Shown one piece after another: positions 30,412 through 41,558 of a stretch of DNA of 57,976 nucleotides. A model generated the notes under the pieces. That model did not search any database, was not told where the DNA came from, and saw only the letters and a list, made by a program, of their open reading frames with translations. How positions within the stretch are numbered: position 1 is the first letter of the stretch; each line of letters starts with the position of its first letter. The stretch covers positions 1 through 57,976 of the forward strand of contig JANTGR010000003.1 in the NCBI GenBank assembly GCA_024762875.1, in the 5' to 3' direction. The position numbers were made by a program, and so were the translations under genes. Source of the DNA: Sulfurospirillum sp. (lineage in GTDB: Bacteria > Campylobacterota > Campylobacteria > Campylobacterales > QNZT01).

Positions 30412-31065
30412 CGAAAACATCTAAAAAACAACAGCTTACATCTGCACAAGTCTGAGCAACTGGCAGAAGAGATCAACAAAGTTTTTCCACTGAGTTCTAT
30501 CGTCAAAGAAGCCATCGGCAAAACAGAAAGAGAACTCTTTGTACCTATAGGGTTTAAACACCATGCCTATAAGCTCGATGCACTGCCGCTCTCAGCCAAC
30601 CAATGGATCAGCTCTCCCCTCACTGTTGCCAAGATGACTGAAGCACTTGCTGTTGAAGGTGCGGACAGTGTCCTGGAAGTGGGTTGTGGTAGTGGCTATC
30701 AAGCTGCTGTTCTCAGTCAGCTCTTTCGTCGTGTCTTTACCATAGAACGTATTGAAAAACTACTTTTAGAAGCCAAAGGTAAATTTGCACAACTGGGACT
30801 CAACAATATAAACACCCGCTTTGATGATGGTAACCGTGGATGGAAAGCATATGCCCCTTATGACCGTATCCTCTTTTCGGCTTCAGCACCCAAGCCTCCT
30901 TTGCATCTGTTTGATCAGTTAAAAGAGGGAGGCATTTTAGTCACACCCATCACGCATGGAGAAAAACAGATCATCACACGTTTCATCAAAAAAGGTGGGA
31001 ACATTCAGCAAGAACAGTTAGATCAGTGTCTTTTTGTGCCTGTCCTTGAGGGAATTCAAAAGTAA
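30406..31065 (+). CDS. pcm: protein-L-isoaspartate O-methyltransferase
   Basis: 219 aa. VLEVGCGSGYQAAVLSQL, YDRILFSASAP. ATGA overlap with the previous gene. Confidence 0.85.
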   Translation: MIRKHLKNNSLHLHKSEQLAEEINKVFPLSSIVKEAIGKTERELFVPIGFKHHAYKLDALPLSANQWISSPLTVAKMTEALAVEGADSVLEVGCGSGYQAAVLSQLFRRVFTIERIEKLLLEAKGKFAQLGLNNINTRFDDGNRGWKAYAPYDRILFSASAPKPPLHLFDQLKEGGILVTPITHGEKQIITRFIKKGGNIQQEQLDQCLFVPVLEGIQK

Positions 31066-31076
31066 CGTGAAAACAT

Positions 31077-32618
31077 TTAATTTTTATAGAGTTCCTGAAC
31101 CATCAGTTGAGGCGTAATATTGCCTCTAAATTCATTTTTAGAGATATTGCACACAACATCGATATGCTCACCTTGTTCCACTTGCGTATCAAAATTAAAA
31201 TAAATTGATTCCAAAGTTTGACTATCTGAAATCAGTGTCATTTTAAGGTGGTTGGCATTGACACCAAGCAGTCTGTTTGCCGAAACATAGGCATTTTTGA
31301 GTAAAAATTTTGGTTGAGGATTTTTCTGTCCATAAGGTTCATACCGCTCCAAAATATCAAGCAGTTCAAAATTGATCGCATCCGCTGCTATCTCACCCAG
31401 GACTTCGGATTTTTCGACAAATGCATCTTTGGGAATTTTAGCTGCCTCTTTTTCAAGATTGCTACGAAACATTTCAAGGTTTTTAGGTTCGATTGCCATG
31501 CCGGCTGCCCCCTGATGTCCGCCATAACCAATCAAAAGTTCTTTTTGTGCTGCGATGAGATTGAGGATATGTATGCTGCCTACGCTGCGGGCACTTCCTT
31601 TTGCCTTGCCCTCTTCCACAGAAAAAACAATCGCCGGTTTACCATATCTGCGCGTTAACCTTGCTGCAACGATACCGATAACACCCTCATGCCATCCTTC
31701 ACCCCAGACAACTATGATGTCAGCCCTATCATGACAGAGGGCACAGGCTTTATTGAAAATCTCCAGTTCAATCTCTTTACGCCTGTTATTGAGCCCGACG
31801 ATATATTCCAGTTTCATCAAAGCATCTTCTTCATTCTGGGAAGACAACATCTCATATGCCAATGTAGCATCTTCAATACGACCGGCACTATTGATAATAG
31901 GTGCCAGTAAAAATGCAATATCATCACTCTTGAAAACCGACTTTCTAAAATAGCGCTTGATAACTGAAAATATAAGACGTTTTTCCTGATTAATCATCTT
32001 AAATCCCGCACGCACCATCGTTCTATTCATGCCTTTAAGCTCCATCATATCTGCCACGATAGCGATTGCCAAAAGGTCTAGAAACTTGGCCAGCCGGTAC
32101 TCGATCTGCAAATACTCTTTCAGTGCAGCACAGAGATACCACGCAACCTGTGCACCGCATATCTCTGGGTGTGGAAAAGTACAGTCACTTTGTTTGGGAT
32201 TGACAATGGCAAAAGCATCAGGAATAGTTTCTGGCACAGTATGATGGTCTGTGATGATGAGATCAATGCCACGTTCCTTACAGACACGGGCGGCACCAAC
32301 TGCTGAAATACCGTTATCCACCGTGATAATCAAGTCTGCGTCGATACGCTCAAGCAACTTTTCATTGATACCATAGCCGTCACGAAAACGGTTAGGAATG
32401 ATCAGTGTAATGTCGATACCGATATCTGTGAAAAACGCATGCATGATCGTAGATGAGACAACACCGTCTACATCATAATCACCCACAACAGTAATTTTTT
32501 CATTATTTTCTATTGCCTGCTTGATGCGTTTTGCTGCTTTCTCATTGTCTTTGAGTAAAAAAGGCGCTGGTATTTCAGAGAGTGATGAACACGTATCATC
32601 AGCAAATCTTGCTGCCAA
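31077..32618 (-). CDS. recJ: single-stranded-DNA-specific exonuclease RecJ
   Basis: 513 aa. DHH family motifs VVGDYDVDGVVSS, ITVDNG, ITDHH, GGHQGAAG. Confidence 0.88.
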   Translation of the reverse strand: MAARFADDTCSSLSEIPAPFLLKDNEKAAKRIKQAIENNEKITVVGDYDVDGVVSSTIMHAFFTDIGIDITLIIPNRFRDGYGINEKLLERIDADLIITVDNGISAVGAARVCKERGIDLIITDHHTVPETIPDAFAIVNPKQSDCTFPHPEICGAQVAWYLCAALKEYLQIEYRLAKFLDLLAIAIVADMMELKGMNRTMVRAGFKMINQEKRLIFSVIKRYFRKSVFKSDDIAFLLAPIINSAGRIEDATLAYEMLSSQNEEDALMKLEYIVGLNNRRKEIELEIFNKACALCHDRADIIVVWGEGWHEGVIGIVAARLTRRYGKPAIVFSVEEGKAKGSARSVGSIHILNLIAAQKELLIGYGGHQGAAGMAIEPKNLEMFRSNLEKEAAKIPKDAFVEKSEVLGEIAADAINFELLDILERYEPYGQKNPQPKFLLKNAYVSANRLLGVNANHLKMTLISDSQTLESIYFNFDTQVEQGEHIDVVCNISKNEFRGNITPQLMVQELYKN

Positions 32619-32650
32619 AATCTTCTCGATTTTGGTACCGTCGAGCTTTG

Positions 32651-34303
<1,653 letters not shown>

Positions 34304-34305
34304 TT

Positions 34306-34402
34306 AATTACGTGTTCTGAACAAACCCACTTGTGAACGACTCTACAGCCGTTTTACGGCGCAGCCTTAGTGAATAAGTGGGTTTGTTCAGAACACACAA
34401 TT
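34306..34402 (+). repeat. 97-nt hairpin repeat, copy 1
   Basis: AATTACGTGTTCTGAACAAACCCACTT...AAGTGGGTTTGTTCAGAACACACAATT. Lies between the methyltransferase stop and the pyrG start. About 91-95% identical to the other copies. Confidence 0.92.
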
Positions 34403-34447
34403 TTAATTTGGATTATAGTGTAATATCACTAAAAAAAGCGTTAAAGC

Positions 34448-35137
34448 TCACACCTTTTGAAAAATGAAAATAGTTTTATCATCCTCATCAGAAAACATCC
34501 CCATATCCTGCACTTTCACAAGTTTTAATGGTGTCAGTTTTTCAATAAGCTGCTTATCATGATAGAATTGAAAAATGGTATCCTGCTCTTTTTGATAACA
34601 ATTGCCCTGCTCTTCAAAAAGCGTCATCTCAGTTGTCAAAATTCCATCTAAAAACTCGGCATCAAGAGAGAGAAACTGTTTGCCAAAATCGGCTGACATA
34701 CTCCCGGCTGTTACCTCTTCAAATCCATGCAGTGTATTGACATCGCAGATAAAAACACCTCCTTTATTGAGCACCCTTTCTACCTCAGTCAAAAATGCCT
34801 TCAATTCATCTTGACGCATATAGTTTAACACATCACCTACTGCTACAACCCCGTCAAAATGCTCTGTGACTTTACTCAGCTGTCTATTATAAGCATCAAC
34901 ACCTTTTTGCCTGGCTATCTCGACCATCCTGGGGCTCAGATCGATGCCCATCGCCTTATAGCGCTTTTGCAAATGCAGCAAAAAGTTGCCATTACCGCAA
35001 CCCACATCCAAAATGGTCTTGATGTCATACGGTTCAAGCAGACTTAAATAGATCTGGTACAAACCTTCATATGCTGCTTCAAAACCAATCAACGGCTCTA
35101 TTTTGGCATAAAGATCCAGGTTTTCTGTCTCTATCAT
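34448..35137 (-). CDS. class I SAM-dependent methyltransferase
   Basis: 229 aa. Motif I ILDVGCGNGNFLLHL. Flanked by repeat copies 1 and 2. Confidence 0.8.
   Translation of the reverse strand: MIETENLDLYAKIEPLIGFEAAYEGLYQIYLSLLEPYDIKTILDVGCGNGNFLLHLQKRYKAMGIDLSPRMVEIARQKGVDAYNRQLSKVTEHFDGVVAVGDVLNYMRQDELKAFLTEVERVLNKGGVFICDVNTLHGFEEVTAGSMSADFGKQFLSLDAEFLDGILTTEMTLFEEQGNCYQKEQDTIFQFYHDKQLIEKLTPLKLVKVQDMGMFSDEDDKTIFIFQKV
34555..34564. repeat. TATCATGATA copy 15
   Basis: Perfect. Inside the methyltransferase gene, Y-H-D. Confidence 0.95.
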
Positions 35138-35141
35138 GATA
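35132..35141. repeat. TATCATGATA copy 16
   Basis: Perfect. Supplies the methyltransferase start codon (minus strand, 35137). Confidence 0.95.
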
Positions 35142-35171
35142 ACTCCTTTTAAGACTAGATAGGTATAGATT

Positions 35172-35268
35172 AATTACGTGTTTTGAACAAGCATACTTGT
35201 GAACGACTCTACAGCTGTTTTATGGCGCAGCCTTAGTGAATAAGTGTGTTTGTTCAGAACATTCAATT
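35172..35268 (+). repeat. 97-nt hairpin repeat, copy 2
   Basis: Same element and same orientation as copy 1. Lies in the divergent spacer between the methyltransferase and DUF1538 genes. Confidence 0.92.
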
Positions 35269-35302
35269 ACATGCCATATTATAACATAAATTATGATACA
35301 AT

Positions 35303-36817
35303 ATGACTATGAAACAGAGTATCCATATATTTTATGATGATCTTAAAAACTCTTTCAAAGATTTACTGCCGATTATCCTTGTGGTAGCATTTTTTCAGAT
35401 TGCCATTGTGCAGGCGATGCCTGAAAATCTCCTATCTATCATCATCGGACTCACCATCGTAGCCATTGGGCTGGCACTCTTTATCAGAGGGCTTGAACTG
35501 GGTATCTTTCCAATCGGTGAAAATCTTGCAACTGATTTTGCCAAAAAAGGTTCACTGTTTTGGCTGCTTTTATTTGCTTTTACCATCGGTTTTTCTACGA
35601 CTGTGGCAGAACCGGCACTCATTGCTATTGCAGAGAAAGCCGCTTCGATCAGTGCCGGAAAAGTGGATGCTTTTTTTCTACGTATGACGGTTGCTTTTTC
35701 TGTTGGTTTTGCTATCACGCTGGGTACACTGCGTATTCTGCTCGGGCATCCTATACAGTACTATATCGTATCCGGTTATATTTTGGTCGTAGTTGTCACT
35801 TTTTTTGCACCCAAAGAGATTATCGGGCTGGCTTATGACAGTGGCGGCGTCACCACTTCTACTGTTACCGTTCCTCTGGTGGCAGCACTGGGAATCGGGC
35901 TGGCCTCCAGTATCAAAGGGCGCAATCCTGTCATCGATGGTTTTGGGTTGATCGCTTTTGCTTCACTCACACCGATGATTTTTGTACAGCTTTACGGTAT
36001 CTTTGTCTATGCCTTTGTCCCTGATGCTTCAGCCCATACCCAGATACTTTCCACTGCGATAAATGAAACAGTCATAGCACACCAGCATTTTGATCCATGG
36101 GATATACTTTGGGATATATTGGCTGTAGTCAAAGATGTTGCCCCTATATTGGCAGTGATATTTTTTTTCCAATATCTTATCATCAAAAAACCAGTCGCAC
36201 ATCTGCATAAAATCATCGTGGGAATCATCCTGGTGATTCTGGGACTGTATGCCTTTATCTTAGGGTTGGAGATGGGACTTTTTCCTATCGGTGAGAGCAT
36301 TGCCTTTCAACTGACTGCCATGCATAACAACCTCCTGGTATATCTCTTTGCCTTTTTGATTGGTTTTTCAACAACGATGGCAGAACCCTCACTCTTGGCT
36401 ATCGCTATCAAAGCCCAGGAAGTAAGTGCAGGCAGTATCAAACAAAATATTCTGCGTATTGCCGTGGCAATCGGTGTAGCTTTCGGGATCGCACTTGGTG
36501 CCTACCGTATCATCGCCGGTGATCCCATCCACTATTACATTATCGTGGGATATAGCCTGGTTATCATGATGACCTATTTTGCACCGGCTTATATCATCCC
36601 TATCGCCTATGACAGCGGTGGTGTCACCACTTCTACTGTTACCGTACCGTTAGTAGCTGCTTTGGGACTGGGACTGGCAGAAAATATCGAAGGCAGAAAT
36701 CCCCTCATCGATGGTTTTGGTTTAATCGCCTTTGCTTCACTTTTTCCGATGATTACTGTGATGGGCTATGGTATCTATGTCAATTATAAACTTAAAAAAT
36801 CTAAGGAGCATTTATGA
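35303..36817 (+). CDS. tandem-duplicated DUF1538 family membrane protein
   Basis: 504 aa in two homologous halves. Each ends in [41 protein letters not shown]. Confidence 0.7.
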   Translation: MTMKQSIHIFYDDLKNSFKDLLPIILVVAFFQIAIVQAMPENLLSIIIGLTIVAIGLALFIRGLELGIFPIGENLATDFAKKGSLFWLLLFAFTIGFSTTVAEPALIAIAEKAASISAGKVDAFFLRMTVAFSVGFAITLGTLRILLGHPIQYYIVSGYILVVVVTFFAPKEIIGLAYDSGGVTTSTVTVPLVAALGIGLASSIKGRNPVIDGFGLIAFASLTPMIFVQLYGIFVYAFVPDASAHTQILSTAINETVIAHQHFDPWDILWDILAVVKDVAPILAVIFFFQYLIIKKPVAHLHKIIVGIILVILGLYAFILGLEMGLFPIGESIAFQLTAMHNNLLVYLFAFLIGFSTTMAEPSLLAIAIKAQEVSAGSIKQNILRIAVAIGVAFGIALGAYRIIAGDPIHYYIIVGYSLVIMMTYFAPAYIIPIAYDSGGVTTSTVTVPLVAALGLGLAENIEGRNPLIDGFGLIAFASLFPMITVMGYGIYVNYKLKKSKEHL

Positions 36818-37164
36818 AATTTGTTGCACTTGTGACCATTATACCCGATCAGGATGAAGAGAGGGCAATAGAGATTGCCAAAGAAGCCGGTGCCGGCGGG
36901 GTGACTATTCTTCATGGTACGGATATCGGGCTAAAAGAACGTAAAGTTTTTTTCGGACTCACCTTGGAAGAGAATGTATCTCTACTCATTTTTGTACTGC
37001 CCAGAAAACTCTCTATGAAAGTCATGAAAGCGTTGAGAAAGGTATTTGATCTGGATAGTCACGATAACCGATCAATGGCTTTTACCATACCGCTAAGCCA
37101 TGTGGCGGGACTTGACAATGATGAACTGTACCAGTTTGAACAAGATATCAAAAATATACTATAG
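36814..37164 (+). CDS. P-II-like (GlnB superfamily) small regulatory protein
   Basis: 116 aa with a beta-alpha-beta x2 pattern ([32 protein letters not shown]..). ATGA overlap with the DUF1538 gene. Confidence 0.55.
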   Translation: MKFVALVTIIPDQDEERAIEIAKEAGAGGVTILHGTDIGLKERKVFFGLTLEENVSLLIFVLPRKLSMKVMKALRKVFDLDSHDNRSMAFTIPLSHVAGLDNDELYQFEQDIKNIL

Positions 37165-37173
37165 GAGATAAAA

Positions 37174-37569
37174 ATGTTAGTAGAAGAGATCATGACAAAG
37201 AAAGAAAATCTGGTTATCGTACCACAGATATCGACAGTGCGAGATGCCCTAAAACTGATGCGCAAATACAAAATCAAATCTGTTATTATGGATAAAAGCA
37301 ATATACATGGAGCCTATGGATTGGTAACATTTAAAAACATCCTCCAGTCTATCGTAGCTGAAGACGGGGATATCGATCTGCTCAATGTCTATGATATCGC
37401 CAATGCTCCCGCTATATCCGTTTCAAAAAAACTGGATGTCAAATATGCAGCAAGGCTGATGGTAAAAAGCAGCATCAAAAGATTGCTGGTTATCGACAAC
37501 AATGAACTATACGGGATCATCACAATGTCTGATATTATCAACGTCTTGATGGATAATATCAATGAGTAG
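37174..37569 (+). CDS. CBS-pair domain protein
   Basis: 131 aa, two CBS motifs (VEEIMTKKENLVIVPQISTVRDAL...; NAPAISVSKKLDVKYAARLMVKSSIKRLLVIDNNELYGIITMSDI). Confidence 0.8.
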   Translation: MLVEEIMTKKENLVIVPQISTVRDALKLMRKYKIKSVIMDKSNIHGAYGLVTFKNILQSIVAEDGDIDLLNVYDIANAPAISVSKKLDVKYAARLMVKSSIKRLLVIDNNELYGIITMSDIINVLMDNINE

Positions 37570-37687
37570 ATACTTGAAAATTCTTTGCACATACCACCAT
37601 GGATAATTGTGGAACTTAGGTATATTTTAAACTTTTGCAGTAGCACTATCTAATAGACCTGGGTCTATAAACATTATCTTTAAATTT

Positions 37688-37696
37688 TGATATAAT
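37688..37696 (+). promoter_or_regulatory. candidate extended -10 (TGaTATAAT) for the sensor/two-component operon
   Basis: TGnTATAAT lies 34 nt upstream of the ATG at 37730. Confidence 0.35.
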
Positions 37697-37729
37697 GCGT
37701 ATTATGATAAATAACCAGGTTTTTTAAAG

Positions 37730-38647
37730 ATGCAGATTTTTGATAACATTAGCAAAAAGATCGATAAAATAGTGCTTGTCTTTGCTTTTATTGTGCTAGC
37801 ACTCTCCTTCTATTTTGTCTATACTTTAAATCAATCTTATACTAAAAAAGAAGCTGTCCAATCCATAGACAATGCATTATTATTGACCAGAAACCTGCTT
37901 GAAGAACAGCAGCAGCATGCACTCTCCCTTTCATTACTACTTGCGCAGGATAAATCTTTTTTAAAAGCATATTATCATGATAATAGAAAAGCAGCTTATT
38001 CAATCATCAATCATAAAATCAAAAGCCTCAAAAAACTTCAAGGATACAGCTTTGACGTGCAAGTACATGATAAAAATTTGCATACTTATTTAAGAAGCTG
38101 GGATTTTTCAATCACTGGAATACCACTGGCTTCTTTCAGGGAGGGATTAGTATTGGTAAAAAAATATAAAAAACCGCTGGTTTCAATCGAAGTGGGAAAA
38201 CGCTTAAACATCAAAGCAATTTCACCTATTATGAAAGAAGAAAAATTTCAAGGTTCTATTGAAGTTATTGAGAACTTTGAACACCTAAGAGAAAAATTGT
38301 CCGAACACGGCTATACACTATTTATGCTGCTTGATAAACGCTATCTTTCCATTGCTACAACACTTATTCATCAGCCAAAAATTGCAGAGCATTTTATATT
38401 GGCAAATAAGATTTATGATAAAAATGCTTTTTGGGATTTAAAAAATGCACATGTTACAACCTTGGGAAATTATGGTTATTTTACACATGGTCAATATCTA
38501 TTTGGTTATTTTGAGCTTAAAAACTTTCACAATCAAAGTTTGGGATATTGTATTATTGCAGCAGAAACGAAAGCTCCTCTTTTGGCAGAAGAATACCACA
38601 GAAGTGTCAGTCTAGAAAAAAATAGTTCGGGAATTATCATACAATGA
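37730..38647 (+). CDS. membrane-anchored periplasmic sensor-like protein (Cache/PDC-like), no output domain
   Basis: 305 aa with a single N-terminal TM (IVLVFAFIVLALSFYFVY) and an extracytoplasmic alpha/beta region. Overlaps the response regulator gene by 4 nt. The family call is tentative. Confidence 0.45.
   Translation: MQIFDNISKKIDKIVLVFAFIVLALSFYFVYTLNQSYTKKEAVQSIDNALLLTRNLLEEQQQHALSLSLLLAQDKSFLKAYYHDNRKAAYSIINHKIKSLKKLQGYSFDVQVHDKNLHTYLRSWDFSITGIPLASFREGLVLVKKYKKPLVSIEVGKRLNIKAISPIMKEEKFQGSIEVIENFEHLREKLSEHGYTLFMLLDKRYLSIATTLIHQPKIAEHFILANKIYDKNAFWDLKNAHVTTLGNYGYFTHGQYLFGYFELKNFHNQSLGYCIIAAETKAPLLAEEYHRSVSLEKNSSGIIIQ
37973..37982. repeat. TATCATGATA copy 17
   Basis: Perfect. Inside the Cache-like sensor gene, Y-H-D. 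Confidence 0.95.
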
Positions 38648-39309
38648 GAATACTTTTACTAGAAGATGACATTGATTATAAAGAGACAGTTCATGAGTAT
38701 CTGGAATCACTGGGATATAAAGTCGATAGTTTTGAAAACGGTGATGAGGCGCTGAGTGCAATCCATTTTAAAAGTTACCAGCTGCTGCTTCTGGATATCC
38801 GGGTACCGGGTACCAATGGGTATGATATCGTCAAAACGATCAAAGCAGCGGGGGACGAAACGCCTGTTATCTTCATCACATCACTGACAGATATCGATAA
38901 TCTAAGCATCGGCTACGAGCTTGGCTGTAATGATTATATCCGCAAGCCATTTGCCTCCCAAGAGTTGAAGTATCGTATAGAACAAGTCTTGAAACTTTAT
39001 TATTTTCATTCCAATAAAGATAAAGTGGATGTAGGCAGCGGATATACGTATGACCTCAAAACCGGTGCACTTTTATATGAGCAAAATCCTGTGATACTCA
39101 CGCCCAAAGAACAAAAAGTCTGGGATTATCTCATCGCCAGAATAGACCAGTATGTACCGACAAAACAGTTGTGGGAAGATGTCTGGGAATGTAAAATGGT
39201 CACAGAAGCGGATATACGTATGTGTATTAAAAAAATTCGGGATAAAACCAGCAGAGAATTAATTGTCAGTCAAAAAGGAAAAGGATATAAGATTGATCGA
39301 AAAAGATAA
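38644..39309 (+). CDS. OmpR/PhoB-family response regulator
   Basis: 221 aa. REC domain (LLLLDIRVPGTNG, IFITS, KPF) plus a winged-helix C-terminus. Confidence 0.9.
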   Translation: MRILLLEDDIDYKETVHEYLESLGYKVDSFENGDEALSAIHFKSYQLLLLDIRVPGTNGYDIVKTIKAAGDETPVIFITSLTDIDNLSIGYELGCNDYIRKPFASQELKYRIEQVLKLYYFHSNKDKVDVGSGYTYDLKTGALLYEQNPVILTPKEQKVWDYLIARIDQYVPTKQLWEDVWECKMVTEADIRMCIKKIRDKTSRELIVSQKGKGYKIDRKR

Positions 39310-40420
39310 ACGCTATATCTATACATTGGCATTCTTTTATTCCATGATGATTATCTTTGTAGTAAGTATTCCTGCCTTTTTTTATATAAAAGTAGAGATG
39401 AACAGCTATAAACAGAGCAAGATGCAGAATTTGGATCATTATGCTTATGGCATTGAAAAGAGTATTTATGATTTTTCACATACAAAAGGGCATATATTTC
39501 ACTTTCCAAGGTCTTTATTTTACGATGCTTCTCTATATGACACAACAGGAAAAAGAATTTTTACCACTAAAGTTGAACCCTTTGACGCTAACAAACAACA
39601 AATCAGTAAAAAAATCACGCTCAGTGCAAATAGGTTACAAGCCGGATATATTATTATTTCCCAAACATTTTCTTATCGTGTGATTTATACAAAAGCATTT
39701 ATCGCAGCACTTTTTTTGGGTGCGGTGGTCTTTTTTATGACACTTTTTTTTATCAAAATCAGTCTGCGTCCGCTGGAACGGGTCAATCGTTATCTAAATA
39801 CTTTTTTCAATGATGCGATGCATGAACTTAAAACCCCGCTGGGAGTGATGCAGCTCAATCTCGAAATACTCCGTTCCAAAGAAGAAAGCAAAGTACTGCG
39901 GCGACTTTTTAACAGTATGCAAAGTATGATTTTGATTTATGAAGATATAGAGTACCATATCAAACATACACATGTCCAGTACCGCCTAGAAAAGATAGAT
40001 TTTTCACATTTTCTTTTTGAACGGGTTGCAGTTTTTCGTGATTTGGCGCAGGTCAAAGATATCACTATCGAGGAAGATATTTTTCCGGATATTTCCTATA
40101 TGATCAATCGTATCGAATTGCAGCGTATCATTGACAATACACTTTCCAATGCGATTAAATATTCCCCAAAAAATACAAAAGTCAGCGTCTGTTTAAAACA
40201 AGAGGAGAAAAAAATCACACTGACAATCAAGGATCAGGGTGTAGGTATCAAAGATACAAAAAAGATATTTCAGCGCTATAAACGCGAAGATACTATCCAG
40301 GGTGGTTTTGGGATCGGGCTCAGTATCGTGAAGCATATCTGTGACAAAAATCATATTGACATCAATGTCACGACGTCTGAACAGAAAGGTAGTACTTTTA
40401 CTTATCATATTTATAAGTAA
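39263..40420 (+). CDS. sensor histidine kinase (two TM, HisKA + HATPase_c)
   Basis: H-box FNDAMHELKTPLG, N-box NAIKYSP, G-boxes DQGVGI and GGFGIGL. The start is uncertain. TTG at 39293, with AAGGAAAAGGA upstream, is an alternative. Confidence 0.88.
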   Translation: MSVKKEKDIRLIEKDKRYIYTLAFFYSMMIIFVVSIPAFFYIKVEMNSYKQSKMQNLDHYAYGIEKSIYDFSHTKGHIFHFPRSLFYDASLYDTTGKRIFTTKVEPFDANKQQISKKITLSANRLQAGYIIISQTFSYRVIYTKAFIAALFLGAVVFFMTLFFIKISLRPLERVNRYLNTFFNDAMHELKTPLGVMQLNLEILRSKEESKVLRRLFNSMQSMILIYEDIEYHIKHTHVQYRLEKIDFSHFLFERVAVFRDLAQVKDITIEEDIFPDISYMINRIELQRIIDNTLSNAIKYSPKNTKVSVCLKQEEKKITLTIKDQGVGIKDTKKIFQRYKREDTIQGGFGIGLSIVKHICDKNHIDINVTTSEQKGSTFTYHIYK

Positions 40421-40515
40421 TTGAGTGTTTTGAACAAACACACTTATTCACTAAGGCTGCGCCGTAAAACGGCTGTAGAGTCGTTCACAAGTGTGTTTGC
40501 TCAAAACACTCAATT
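40419..40515 (-). repeat. 97-nt hairpin repeat, copy 3 (inverted orientation)
   Basis: The reverse complement aligns over all 97 nt with copies 1, 2 and 4. Begins 2 nt inside the histidine kinase stop codon. Confidence 0.92.
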
Positions 40516-40575
40516 ATTAATTACGAAAAAGTTACGCAACACTTGTTAGCATTTCATATTACAAAAAAAGGAGTA

Positions 40576-41547
40576 ATGATGAAAGTTAACACATTAAGAT
40601 ATTCAATGGCAGCATTGGCACTAGTGTCTCTTGCCGGAGCAAATCTATTTGCGGCAGATATTCCAACGGCTGCACCAAAAGCTTATCCCGATGGTGAAGT
40701 CGGTCGTATGGTCAAACTGGGCGAAGCGATCATGAATGAAACCGATACCCATCCCCTGACCAAAGATTTTGTGGGAAACAAACTCAAATGTAAAAGTTGC
40801 CACTTGCAGGGAAGCGACGGCAAACCGGGAACAGCACCTGGTATCGCCACATGGATTGGGACTGCGACTTCTTTTCCAGCGTATTCCAAAAGAGAAAAAT
40901 CTGTTCAGACACTGCAAGACCGTTCCAATAACTGTTTTATGCGAAGTATGAATGGTAAACGTCCGATTATCGATTCCGAGGCTTCTGTTGCGATGGCAAC
41001 TTATATCACTTGGCTTTCTACAAGTATGCCGATCAAACAAAACACCAAAATGCCTTGTAGTCCTATGAACTCAGACAGATGGATGGGTGGTGCCAAACAT
41101 TTTGGAAAAATGCAGAAAAAAGCAACACATGCCAATTATCTAAACGGTCAAAAACTTTATGACGCCAAATGTGCGTCATGTCACGGTCAGGATGGTGCAG
41201 GTATAGGGACTTTCCCACCACTTTGGGGAAAAGACAAAGCAGGCAAATGGCTCTCTTATAACACAGGTGCTGGTATGAGTAAACTCAACAAAGGCGCTGC
41301 ATGGGTACAATCTAACATGCCGCTTGGTCAGGGTGGTACGCTCAAAGATCAGGAAGCTGCAGACATTATGCTCTATGTCAATGCACAGCCTCATGCTAAT
41401 TTTGACTTGCAAAAACGCTTATTGCCAAAAGAAGAGATGGGATATTATAACTCTAAAGTTTTGAAAGAAAAACACTCTGTCAGAAGTAACTTTAAAGCAT
41501 TTGGTTTGGATATCGATACCATCCGTGGCGACCACAAAATAAAATAG
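40576..41547 (+). CDS. tsdA: periplasmic dihaem cytochrome c, TsdA-like (thiosulfate dehydrogenase/tetrathionate reductase family)
   Basis: Signal peptide, then two CxxCH motifs (CKSCH, CASCH). The segment KREKSVQTLQDRSNNCFMRSMNG has R-x9-R-x3-C-x3-S spacing, which I recall as the TsdA active-site/Cys-ligand region. Start set at the ATG at 40576 after AAAGGAG. Confidence 0.55.
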   Translation: MMKVNTLRYSMAALALVSLAGANLFAADIPTAAPKAYPDGEVGRMVKLGEAIMNETDTHPLTKDFVGNKLKCKSCHLQGSDGKPGTAPGIATWIGTATSFPAYSKREKSVQTLQDRSNNCFMRSMNGKRPIIDSEASVAMATYITWLSTSMPIKQNTKMPCSPMNSDRWMGGAKHFGKMQKKATHANYLNGQKLYDAKCASCHGQDGAGIGTFPPLWGKDKAGKWLSYNTGAGMSKLNKGAAWVQSNMPLGQGGTLKDQEAADIMLYVNAQPHANFDLQKRLLPKEEMGYYNSKVLKEKHSVRSNFKAFGLDIDTIRGDHKIK

Positions 41548-41558
41548 GGGTGTATAGT

